The translations under genes were made by a program, and so were the position numbers. A stretch of DNA of 64,000 bases, taken from NCBI GenBank assembly GCA_963662465.1, contig OY759599.1, positions 2,240,001 to 2,304,000 of the forward strand, written 5' to 3'. The DNA comes from Desulfatiglandales bacterium (lineage in GTDB: Bacteria > Desulfobacterota > DSM-4660 > Desulfatiglandales > Desulfatiglandaceae). The notes below the pieces were generated by a model. The model was not told where the DNA came from. It searched no databases and saw nothing but the letters and a program-made list of their open reading frames with translations. Below, one piece after another: positions 20,599-29,759 of the stretch (position 1 is the first letter of the stretch; each line of letters starts with the position of its first letter).

Positions 20599-21759
20599 GT
20601 GGAGACTGTAGCACCCTTAGAAGAGGTATTGGATCTCATAAAAGAGACCGGTGGTGAATCTTTCAGGTATTGCTATCAATGCGGCTTGTGCGATGTTGTC
20701 TGTCCGTGGAATCGGGTTCGAGACTTCAGTATGCGCAAGCTGATCCGGCAGGCCAATTTCGGGTTGACTGAGATAGAAACAGAAGAGATCTGGCGTTGTA
20801 CGACCTGCGGAAGATGCAAGCAGAGTTGCCCCCGGGGTGTCAATCAGATAGAAGTCGGGGTATCCTCACGCAGAATTGCCACGGAATTCGGTGTATTTCC
20901 TACATCCGTACGTCCGGTGCGCGGTGTAAGTTCCAGCCTGCTCGGCGAAGGCAATCCCTTGAGTGAAGACCGAAAGAATCGAGCGGATTGGGCCAAAGGT
21001 CTGTCCGTAAACACCTTCACTAAGGGGATGGAGATTTTGTATTTCCCCGGCTGCTACCCCAGCTATGACCCCAGATTGAAGAAAGTAGCTGCCGCCACGG
21101 TGAAGATCCTTAAAAAGGCAGGGGTCGATTTCGGGATACTGGGAACCAAAGAGAACTGTTGTGGTGAAAGCATCCGCAAGACCGGCGATGAGGAATGTTT
21201 CAATCGTTTGGCCAGGGAAAATATCAAAACGTTTATCGACAATGGCGTCAAGAAAATCCTTGTTTCTTCCCCGCATTGCTACCACACCTTCAAGAACGAG
21301 TATCCCGAGTTTATGGTACACTTTGAAGTGGTTCATATGAGCCAGTATATATTCGAGCTCATCAATGCGGGCAAACTTGAACTCACCAAGAGCTATGACA
21401 AGAAAATTACCTACCATGATCCCTGTTACCTGGGTCGTCATAACGGCATTTTTGACGAACCCCGGGAGACTTTAAAAGGGATATCCGGTTTGGAACTGGT
21501 TGAAATGCCTGATTCGCGTGAAGACAGCCTCTGCTGCGGCGGGGGTGGCGGCAGGATTTGGATGGAAACACCCAAAGGAGAGAGATTCTCCGATCTCAGA
21601 GTGGAACAGGCCAGGGGCGTTGGCGCAGAGGTGCTGGTGACAGCCTGTCCGTATTGCATCACCCATTTTGAGGATAGCCGCTTAGCCCTGGAAGATTCGG
21701 ACACCGGCGCAGGTGTTGAGGTTAAGGACATCACGGAAATTATCCAGGAAGTGATTTAG
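20599..21759 (+). CDS. bamD: BamD-like HdrD-type (Fe-S, CCG domain) subunit
   Basis: Two CxxCxxCxxxCP motifs, ENCCG, YHDPCYLGR and CCGGGGG. Confidence 0.88.
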   Translation: METVAPLEEVLDLIKETGGESFRYCYQCGLCDVVCPWNRVRDFSMRKLIRQANFGLTEIETEEIWRCTTCGRCKQSCPRGVNQIEVGVSSRRIATEFGVFPTSVRPVRGVSSSLLGEGNPLSEDRKNRADWAKGLSVNTFTKGMEILYFPGCYPSYDPRLKKVAAATVKILKKAGVDFGILGTKENCCGESIRKTGDEECFNRLARENIKTFIDNGVKKILVSSPHCYHTFKNEYPEFMVHFEVVHMSQYIFELINAGKLELTKSYDKKITYHDPCYLGRHNGIFDEPRETLKGISGLELVEMPDSREDSLCCGGGGGRIWMETPKGERFSDLRVEQARGVGAEVLVTACPYCITHFEDSRLALEDSDTGAGVEVKDITEIIQEVI

Positions 21760-21794
21760 GGAATCCATAAAACCAAAATTAAGGACGGAAAGAA

Positions 21795-24700
21795 GTGGAA
21801 AAAGAATTGGTTGAAGGACAGTTTGCTAATCGTCCCGTAGACGGTAATTTTGGAGACGTGATGGTTGTCGGTGGCGGCATCAGCGGCATTCAGGCCTCAC
21901 TTGACCTGGCGGATACGGGCTTTAGGGTGTATCTGGTTGATAAAGCACCGGCCATCGGTGGAAAGATGTCCCAACTGGACAAGACCTTTCCCACAAATGA
22001 CTGCTCCATGTGTATTGAGTCGCCAAAATTTATTGAATGCAGCAGACATCCCAATATAGAGATTCTGACATACACTGAAGTTGAGCGTATAAAAGGAAAG
22101 CCCGGAGACTTCAAGGTCACCCTGACCAAAAAGCCAAGATACATCATAGAAGAAAGATGCACCGGTTGTACGAGTTGTGTTGAGGTTTGCCCGGTCAAGG
22201 TCCCGGATGAATACAATCAAAACCTTTCTTTGAATAAGGCCATCCACATCTACTTTTCTCAGGCCGTTCCGCTGATTACTTATGTGGACCCGAATACCTG
22301 CCTTTATCTCCAGGATGAAAAATGCAACATCTGTATCGGTGTCTGTCAAAATAAAGCGATCGATCTTAACCAAAAGGAAGAGACGATCCAAATAGAGGTG
22401 GGCGCTATCATCATGGCGCCGGGGTTTGAGGTATTTAACCCAAAACTTCGGAATGACTATGGCTACGGCATCATGGAAAATGTGGTGACCAGCCTGGACT
22501 TTGAACGGATACTTTGTTCCACCGGCCCCTATGAGGGGGAGATAAGACGGCCTTCCGACAAAAAACATCCGAAGAAAATCGCCTGGATTCAGTGCGTGGG
22601 ATCCCGGCAAGTCATTGAGGGCGGGAACAGCTATTGTTCCGGCGTATGCTGCGCGTATACGCAAAAACAGGTGATCCTGGCAAAGGATCATGAAGAGGAT
22701 CTTGAAGCTAAGATTTTCCATAACGATATTCGTGCATTCGGCAAGGATTTCGAGCGGTTTTATCAGCGTGCGGAAAACCTGCAAGGCGTTGAATTTATCA
22801 GAAGCTATGTCGTGGTCAGCAAAGAGGACCCGGAAACAAAAAATGTCTCCATAAGATATTCGACGACGGATGGCGGCGTTAAGGAAGAAGAATTTGAACT
22901 CGTTGTATTATCCGTGGGGTTAAACCCGCCCAAGGATGCGGAAGCATTGGCGAACCAGTTTGGCATTGAGCTTGACGAACACGGGTTCTGCAAATCCAAT
23001 CCGCTAAATCCCATTGAGACCACGCGGCCGGGAATTTTTGTCAGCGGCGCGTTTCAGGGGCCCATCGATATTCCCGAGTCAGTCATGGGCGCCAGTGGGG
23101 CCGATGCCCTCTGCAGTCAGCTGTTGGCGTACCGCCGCGGAGATCTTGCCATAGACCGGGTCTATCCGCCGGAGAGGGATGTATCCCAGGAGGCGCCCCG
23201 TGTGGGGGTTTTTGTATGCCATTGCGGCGCCAATATCGGCAGGGTGGTGGATGTGCCGGCGGTTGTAGCGTATGCGGCCGGTCTTCCAAATGTGGTGCAT
23301 GCCCAGGAGAGCCTTTTTGCCTGCTCCACGGACAATGCCAAGCAGATATCGGGTCAGATACGGGAAAAAGGACTCAACCGGGTGGTGGTAGCCGCCTGCA
23401 CGCCAAGAACCCATGAGCCGTTATTCAGGGATACCTGCCGTGAAGGGGGTATCAACCAATACTTCTATGAAATGGCCAATATCAGAGAACACTGCGCCTG
23501 GGTGCATTCCAAGGATCCGGAGAACGCCACCCGGAAAGCCAAGGAGATCGTTCATATGTCCGTGGCCCGGGCTTCGCTTTTGGCTCCCCTCAAGGAATAT
23601 GAGCTGCCGGTGAACAAAACAGCATTGGTGGTCGGCGGCGGGCTTGCCGGCATGACCAGTGCGCTCAGCATGGCCAAACAGGGATTTCAAGTTCAGCTGC
23701 TGGAAAAGGATAAGGCGCTGGGAGGCATGGCGCGAAGAATTCATACCACCCTGGAAGGGATGGATGTTCAGGCTTTCTTAAAAGACATGATCAAAAAGAT
23801 ATATCAACATCCTTTGATCCGGATCACCCATAATGCGACCATCACGAATGTGATGGGATATGTGGGCAACTTCGTCACCACGGTAAAGAGCGACGGACGG
23901 GTCAAAGACATTAAGCATGGCGCCGCCATTCTTGCCACGGGGGCGGTGGAATACAAACCCACCGAGTACCTTTACGGAGAAAACGATCAGGTGCTGACCC
24001 AGCTGGAGCTGGAAGCGCGGATCAGCCAAAAAGATGGAGCGCTGAGCCAAACCGGCAGTCTGGTCATGATTCAATGCGTCGGGTGCCGAAACGAGGACAG
24101 AAATTACTGTTCCCGCATCTGTTGCAGCCACGCCATAAAGAATGCCATGAACCTGAAAGCGCTGAATCCCAAAATGAACATCTACATTCTCTTTAGAGAC
24201 ATGAGAACCTATGGGTATCGGGAAGATTATTATCGTGAGGCCGCCGATAAGGGCGTGAAATTTATCCGCTGGGAATCGGATGCGGGGCCCGAAGTGGAAC
24301 CAACCACCGAGGGCGGTAAAAACATATTAAGAGTGACGGTGCCGGACCCCATCCTGGGCCAACGATTGGAACTGGATGCGGATATCCTGACACTCTCAGC
24401 CGCGGTAATTCCATCTGAAGACAGTACGGAAGTGGCGCGGCTGTTCAAGGTGGCCATGAATCCGGACGGTTTCTTTCAGGAAGCCCATGTAAAATTAAGG
24501 CCGGTAGATTTTGCGGCCGAGGGGGTATTTTTGTGCGGTACCGCGCATTACCCCAAGCATATCACGGAGAGCATCACCCAGGCATATGGCGCGGCGGGTC
24601 GAGCGGTCACTATCCTGACCAAGGATTCGGTGACGGCCTCGGGCGCTGTCTGCGAGGTCGATGAAAGCGCATGCGAATCGTGCGGGGCATGTATATCCGT

Positions 24701-24872
24701 TTGTAACTATGGCGCCATAGAATTTCACGAAACAGAAAAAGGCAAGAAGGCCAAGGTGAATCCGGTTCTCTGTAAAGGGGACGGTCTTTGCAACACGGTG
24801 TGTCCGGCGAGGGCAATTTCTTTGAAACACTTTACCGATGATGAGATCTTTTGCCAGATTGATGCGGCCTAG
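21795..24872 (+). CDS. bamE: BamE-like HdrA-type flavoprotein (tandem HdrA)
   Basis: LDKTFPTNDC, two QCVG/YCS motifs, CHCGANI, AACTPRTHE and a C-terminal ferredoxin. Confidence 0.9.
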   Translation: MEKELVEGQFANRPVDGNFGDVMVVGGGISGIQASLDLADTGFRVYLVDKAPAIGGKMSQLDKTFPTNDCSMCIESPKFIECSRHPNIEILTYTEVERIKGKPGDFKVTLTKKPRYIIEERCTGCTSCVEVCPVKVPDEYNQNLSLNKAIHIYFSQAVPLITYVDPNTCLYLQDEKCNICIGVCQNKAIDLNQKEETIQIEVGAIIMAPGFEVFNPKLRNDYGYGIMENVVTSLDFERILCSTGPYEGEIRRPSDKKHPKKIAWIQCVGSRQVIEGGNSYCSGVCCAYTQKQVILAKDHEEDLEAKIFHNDIRAFGKDFERFYQRAENLQGVEFIRSYVVVSKEDPETKNVSIRYSTTDGGVKEEEFELVVLSVGLNPPKDAEALANQFGIELDEHGFCKSNPLNPIETTRPGIFVSGAFQGPIDIPESVMGASGADALCSQLLAYRRGDLAIDRVYPPERDVSQEAPRVGVFVCHCGANIGRVVDVPAVVAYAAGLPNVVHAQESLFACSTDNAKQISGQIREKGLNRVVVAACTPRTHEPLFRDTCREGGINQYFYEMANIREHCAWVHSKDPENATRKAKEIVHMSVARASLLAPLKEYELPVNKTALVVGGGLAGMTSALSMAKQGFQVQLLEKDKALGGMARRIHTTLEGMDVQAFLKDMIKKIYQHPLIRITHNATITNVMGYVGNFVTTVKSDGRVKDIKHGAAILATGAVEYKPTEYLYGENDQVLTQLELEARISQKDGALSQTGSLVMIQCVGCRNEDRNYCSRICCSHAIKNAMNLKALNPKMNIYILFRDMRTYGYREDYYREAADKGVKFIRWESDAGPEVEPTTEGGKNILRVTVPDPILGQRLELDADILTLSAAVIPSEDSTEVARLFKVAMNPDGFFQEAHVKLRPVDFAAEGVFLCGTAHYPKHITESITQAYGAAGRAVTILTKDSVTASGAVCEVDESACESCGACISVCNYGAIEFHETEKGKKAKVNPVLCKGDGLCNTVCPARAISLKHFTDDEIFCQIDAA

Positions 24873-24886
24873 AAGGAGTAAAAAAA

Positions 24887-25654
24887 ATGGGTAGAGGACT
24901 GGAATTTAAACCCAGCATCTTAGGGTTTTTATGCAACTGGTGAGGATACTCCGCTGCTGATTTGGCTGGAGTTTCCAGACTACAATATGCGTCAGATATT
25001 AAGATTATTCGTGTCATGTGTACCGGCAGGGTCGACTTGTCATTTATCTTCCGAGCGCTTTTGAATGGTAAGGACGGCGTATTGATCGGCGGATGCCATC
25101 TCGGTGAATGCCATTATGTGACCCAGGGAAATTATGGTGCGTTCAGTACGCTTTACATCGGAAGAAAACTCCTCGAAACCATCGGGCTTAACCCCGAGAG
25201 GTTAAGGCTCGAGTACATTGCCGCCTCCGAGGGGAGCCGGTACGCCGAGGTGATGAATGACTTTTCTTCGAAGGTGAGGGAATTGGGACCTCTCGGTAAG
25301 GGTGAGGGGATGGATGGAACCGTTTTAAGGCGAAAACTTGAAGTGGTTTATAATTTAGTCCCATACATAAAACTCGTGGAAAGAGAGCGGTTGCGCGTGC
25401 CGGTAAAATCAGTCGAGGCGTACAAGGCGTTTTTCACGGGTGATGAATTTGATAAAATATTCCAGGAGTTGGTTGCGGATAAGATGGAAATGGGCCAAAT
25501 GATGGCGATCCTTCGAGAAAAACCTTGTTCAGCCAAAGAGATTTCTGAAATTTTAGGGGTAACGCCGGGTGAAGCGTCCAATCAGCTGAAACGCTCCGCG
25601 AGGCAGGGATTTGTCGAATTTGATGAAAGCCATATGCGCTTTTGTGTTGCATAG
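24887..25654 (+). CDS. bamF: BamF-like MvhD/FlpD [2Fe-2S] selenoprotein with C-terminal winged helix
   Basis: ATG at 24887 after aaggag; reads FLCNW-TGA(24941)-GYSAADLAG in frame with the predicted ORF at 24962; MCTGRVD and GCHLGECHY motifs. Confidence 0.9.
24962..24982 (+). promoter_or_regulatory. Putative bacterial SECIS hairpin
   Basis: ctgga-gtt-tccag stem ~22 nt after the in-frame UGA, with G in the apical loop. Confidence 0.6.
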
Positions 25655-25708
25655 GGCGATCACCCTTCCAGCAAGCTTGGAAAATAAAGAAGAGTTAGGA
25701 CAGCAGCT

Positions 25709-26161
25709 ATGGATAATGGTAAAATCGAGAAGATTATAGATGGATATCCGAGTGACCCGAGTTCACTGATTCAGGTATTGATCGATATTCAGAGCGAACT
25801 TCGATGGCTTCCCAAGGAAGCATTAAAGTTGGTCAGTCAGAAACTTAACGTACCCATGAACCGGATACAGCACATTATCACCTTTTATAAGGCGTTCAGT
25901 ATCGTGCCCAAAGGACGCCATGAAATTCATGTGTGTACCGGGACCGCCTGTCATGTGCGCGGGGCGACGCGTGTTCTGGATGCAGTTGAAGCGTATACCG
26001 GAATCTGCCCCGGCGAGACGGACGAGAATTTAAAGTACAGCCTTGATACCGTGAGTTGTGTCGGTTGCTGTGCCCTGGGACCGGTGGTGGTCGTTGATGG
26101 CGAATATCATGGCAATATGGGATCGGCAAAGGCCGAAGAAGTGTTGAAAAACTACGAGTAA
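25709..26161 (+). CDS. bamG: BamG-like NuoE-type [2Fe-2S] subunit
   Basis: CTGTACHVRG and SCVGCCALGP motifs. Confidence 0.88.
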   Translation: MDNGKIEKIIDGYPSDPSSLIQVLIDIQSELRWLPKEALKLVSQKLNVPMNRIQHIITFYKAFSIVPKGRHEIHVCTGTACHVRGATRVLDAVEAYTGICPGETDENLKYSLDTVSCVGCCALGPVVVVDGEYHGNMGSAKAEEVLKNYE

Positions 26162-26170
26162 GGAAGAATT

Positions 26171-28096
26171 ATGCCAAGGATAAATTCACCCGCTGAATTG
26201 GAAGAATTCAGGAAGGACATTATATCAAGAAGGGATCCCAACACGCCTTGTATTGCTGTATGTACCGGAACGGGCTGCCTTGCTCTCGGTGCGGGCAAAG
26301 TGGTCGCCGCTCTCAAGGAGGAAATCGAAAAACAGGGTCTCGATACCCAGATTGTGGACATGAGGGAGACCGGCTGTCCCGGCTTTTGTGAAAGAGGTCC
26401 CATTGTTGTGATCTATCCTGAGGAGACATGTTATCTTCAGGTGCAACCGGACGATGCAGAGGAGATTATTTCCGAGACCATTGTTGGGAAAAAGGTCATT
26501 GACAGATTGCTCTATGTGGATCCCGAAAGCGGCAAGACCATCGCCCGAGAATCTGAGATCCCATTTTACAAGAATCAGATGCGGCGCTTGATCGGCAATA
26601 ATATCAAAATCAACCCCAAGAGCCTCGAAGACTATCTGGCTGTGGGTGGGTATTCCGCATTATCAAAAGCCCTTGCTCAGGAGACGCCTGAGCAGGTGGT
26701 GGAACTTGTGAAAAGCTCCGGATTGAGAGGGCGGGGCGGCGCGGGATTTCCCACCGGGCTGAAGTGGGGGTTTGCACGGGCTAGTTCTGAAAAGACCAAG
26801 TATGTGATCGTCAATGCCGATGAGGGCGATCCCGGCGCCTTTATGGACAGGGCGCTGCTTGAGGGAAATCCCTTTGCTGTCCTTGAAGGCCTGATCATCG
26901 GCGGGTATGCCATCGGCGCCGGCGAGGGGTATCTTTATGTCCGGCAGGAATACCCCCTGGCCGTGGAAAATGTAACCCTTGCCATCAAGCAGGCCGAGGA
27001 ATATGGATTAATCGGAAAAAATATCCTGGGTTCGGGATTCGATTTCAAAGTTACCGTGCATCGGGGCGCCGGTGCTTTTGTTTGCGGTGAGGAGACGGCC
27101 CTTTTGGCGTCTTTGGAGGGAAAACCCGGCGAGCCAAAGCCAAGACCGCCGTTCCCGGCGGCAAAAGGACTTTTCGGCAAACCCACCAATATTAATAATG
27201 TGGAGACCTGGTCCAATATTCCCCTGATTATTAATCATGGGTCTGAATACTTATCGTCCATCGGCACCGAGAACAGTAAAGGCACCAAAATTTTCTCGCT
27301 CGTCGGGAAGGTAACGAATACCGGCCTTGTGGAAGTTCCCATGGGTATTACCCTGAGAGATATTATATTCAAGATCGGCGGCGGTGTTCCCGGAGGCAAG
27401 AAATTCAAGGCCGTTCAGACCGGTGGGCCGTCAGGCGGTTGTATCCCTGAAGAATCCTTGGATATCAAAGTCGACTTTGATGAATTGGCCAAGGTCGGCG
27501 CGATTATGGGGTCCGGCGGAATGATCGTCATGGATGAAGATACCTGTATGATAGATGTCGCCAAGTATTTTCTTAAATTTTTATCCGGTGAATCGTGCGG
27601 TAAATGCTCTCCTTGCCGTGAGGGCATCACACACATGCTTTCAATCCTGACGAGAATCAGTGAAGGCAAGGGGCGAGAGGGTGATATCGAGTTGCTGGAA
27701 GAGCTCGCTCTATCCACTAAGAGTGCATCCCTTTGCGCCCTGGGCGGGAGCGCGCCGAATCCGGTTCTGAGTACCATACGCTATTTCAGGGATGAGTATG
27801 AAGCCCATATCAGGGACAAGAGATGCCCGGCGTTTGCTTGCAAGGCCCTGATTTCTTACTACATTGATCCGGAAAAGTGCAAGGCTTGTATGATTTGCGG
27901 TCGAAAATGCCCCGCCGGCGCCATTGACGGCGCTAAAAAGAAGATCCATATTATTGACCAGGATAAATGCACAAAATGTGGTACATGTTATGAGGTTTGT
28001 CCCTCGCGCTTTGGTGCGGTAACAAGGCTGTCCGGCGAACCTGTTCCGGATCCTATCCCTGAAGAAGAAAGAGCTATCGTAGGAAAGAGCAAATAA
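26171..28096 (+). CDS. bamH: BamH-like NuoF-type FMN/NADH subunit
   Basis: GRGGAGFPTG, NADEGDPG, GAGAFVCGEET and ESCGKCSPCREG motifs; C-terminal 2x[4Fe-4S]. Confidence 0.9.
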   Translation: MPRINSPAELEEFRKDIISRRDPNTPCIAVCTGTGCLALGAGKVVAALKEEIEKQGLDTQIVDMRETGCPGFCERGPIVVIYPEETCYLQVQPDDAEEIISETIVGKKVIDRLLYVDPESGKTIARESEIPFYKNQMRRLIGNNIKINPKSLEDYLAVGGYSALSKALAQETPEQVVELVKSSGLRGRGGAGFPTGLKWGFARASSEKTKYVIVNADEGDPGAFMDRALLEGNPFAVLEGLIIGGYAIGAGEGYLYVRQEYPLAVENVTLAIKQAEEYGLIGKNILGSGFDFKVTVHRGAGAFVCGEETALLASLEGKPGEPKPRPPFPAAKGLFGKPTNINNVETWSNIPLIINHGSEYLSSIGTENSKGTKIFSLVGKVTNTGLVEVPMGITLRDIIFKIGGGVPGGKKFKAVQTGGPSGGCIPEESLDIKVDFDELAKVGAIMGSGGMIVMDEDTCMIDVAKYFLKFLSGESCGKCSPCREGITHMLSILTRISEGKGREGDIELLEELALSTKSASLCALGGSAPNPVLSTIRYFRDEYEAHIRDKRCPAFACKALISYYIDPEKCKACMICGRKCPAGAIDGAKKKIHIIDQDKCTKCGTCYEVCPSRFGAVTRLSGEPVPDPIPEEERAIVGKSK

Positions 28097-28097
28097 A

Positions 28098-28730
28098 ATG
28101 AGCAAAATTCATTTACAGATCGATGGAAGAGAAGTCGAAGCGGAAGAAGGGATGACCATCCTGGAAGCTGCCCGTAGTGTGGGGATCAATATTCCGACCC
28201 TTTGTTATCACGAGCTGTTGGAACCCTATGGGGCTTGCCGAATTTGCGTGGTTGAAGTGGAAGCCGGCGGCAGAAAAGGTCTTGCCGCAGCTTGCGTTCG
28301 TCCGGTAGACCAAAACATGGTCGTCATTACTCGAAATGAACAAATCAATGGCATACGCAAAATATTGATAGAGCAGTTTCTGGCTCATGCGCCGGATTCC
28401 GAAATCCTGTTGAAATTGGGTGAAGAGTACGGCGCCGATAAGGATCGATTTGAAAAACAGTCCACTTTCTGCATTCTGTGCGGCCTTTGTGTGAGATATT
28501 GTGCTGAGGTTAAAAAGAAAAACGCCATCGGGTTTTTTGACAGAGGCTCAACCCGGGAAATAAAATTCATTCCTGAGATTGCCGCCAAGGCGTGTAAAGA
28601 TTGCAAAGAATGTTTTCCGCTCTGCCCGACATCGTATCTGCAGGCTGCTTATCATTTGACCGAAGCGCTCGCGTTTCCTTCAACTCCTTTTGAAAAAGGA
28701 AAAGTGTTTGATGAAAATAAACAAGATTGA
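28098..28730 (+). CDS. bamI: BamI-like NuoG N-terminal Fe-S subunit
   Basis: IPTLC...GACRICVVE...AAC, CILCGLCVRYC and CKDCKECFPLCP motifs. Confidence 0.85.
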   Translation: MSKIHLQIDGREVEAEEGMTILEAARSVGINIPTLCYHELLEPYGACRICVVEVEAGGRKGLAAACVRPVDQNMVVITRNEQINGIRKILIEQFLAHAPDSEILLKLGEEYGADKDRFEKQSTFCILCGLCVRYCAEVKKKNAIGFFDRGSTREIKFIPEIAAKACKDCKECFPLCPTSYLQAAYHLTEALAFPSTPFEKGKVFDENKQD

Positions 28731-29139
28731 TCATATGTGTATTGCGGTTAAGGATCTGGAGGCAGCCAAGAAGGTCTGGGAGCCCATGTTGGGCAAGTCA
28801 GGTCCTGATGACGCCTATGTCAGTGAACCTGAGAAGATCAATGTGGCCAGATACTGGATCGGCGAGGTCGGATTTGAGTTGATGGAATCAACCTCTCCCG
28901 ATGGAGACGTGGCAAAGTTCATCGCCAAAAACGGTGAGGGCGTGATGCTCGTAACGTTTAACGTGGACAACACCCGAAAGGCCATTGATGAACTGAAAGC
29001 GAACTATCCGTTCATTCCGGATTCAAAAGGCGAGGTTGCAAGACCTTTTCGGGACTGCGAATTTGCCTTTATACATCCCAAAAAACTAAATGGCGTTCTG
29101 ACCGAGCTGATTGATTATAAATGGGACGAATTCAAATAA
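28711..29139 (+). CDS. VOC / methylmalonyl-CoA epimerase-like protein, copy 2
   Basis: Near-identical paralogue of 17385-17804. Confidence 0.85.
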   Translation: MKINKIDHMCIAVKDLEAAKKVWEPMLGKSGPDDAYVSEPEKINVARYWIGEVGFELMESTSPDGDVAKFIAKNGEGVMLVTFNVDNTRKAIDELKANYPFIPDSKGEVARPFRDCEFAFIHPKKLNGVLTELIDYKWDEFK

Positions 29140-29212
29140 AAATAAGACAATAACGCCTGACAGTTTGATAGCTAAAAAAATAGTGAAAAGTAAGTAAGGA
29201 AAAAGACGAAAA

Positions 29213-29542
29213 ATGAAAACCAAAGCGATCAAACTGAAAGGCTTTCAAAAAAAATATCTACGAGGTCTCGCCCACAACACAAAACCCGTTGTCTTTATCG
29301 GCCAGAAAGGGATCACCGAGACCTTAAATCGTTCCATAGACGATGCCTTGACCGCCCATGAATTGATCAAGGTGAAATATATCGATTTTAAGGAAAAAGA
29401 GAAAAAAACAGAGTTTGCCGGGATTATCGAAAAAACCCATCACTGCGAAATGGCGGGGATGATTGGACACACCGCCATATTTTACCGCCAACACCCGGAC
29501 GAAGAAAAGCGAAAGATTGCCGTTCCATCGAGAGAGTCGTGA
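29213..29542 (+). CDS. yhbY: YhbY/CRM-domain RNA-binding protein
   Basis: YLRGLAH..KPVV.IGQKG and HELIKVK motifs. Confidence 0.9.
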   Translation: MKTKAIKLKGFQKKYLRGLAHNTKPVVFIGQKGITETLNRSIDDALTAHELIKVKYIDFKEKEKKTEFAGIIEKTHHCEMAGMIGHTAIFYRQHPDEEKRKIAVPSRES

Positions 29543-29759
29543 AGGCCTTTTTCCATTTACGGGGAACATCCTCTAAAAAACTGAACATCTCCTCCTGATA
29601 TTGCCGTCCTTTTCCAAACTTATCTGAAAACTGCTAATGGGTATGTTTTTTTGTGACCAAATCCGACGGTCAGGTGTATATCCCTCAACGTCAACGGGAT
29701 GGTTCTGATTCTTACGCATAGCCCTGTCGCACACTTTTTTTGGAGAAAGGAGTTTTATC

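Noticed and set aside
24962..25654. ORF-track start of the MvhD-like gene, or a pseudogene call
   Set aside because: The upstream in-frame UGA sits at the Sec/Cys position with a SECIS-like hairpin; the true start is 24887.
25709..28730. Respiratory complex I or [FeFe]-hydrogenase
   Set aside because: No membrane Nuo subunits and no H-cluster domain; context indicates BamGHI.
29543..29759. c-di-GMP or other riboswitch upstream of the chitinase
   Set aside because: No recognisable conserved motif by eye; an Infernal/Rfam scan would settle it.
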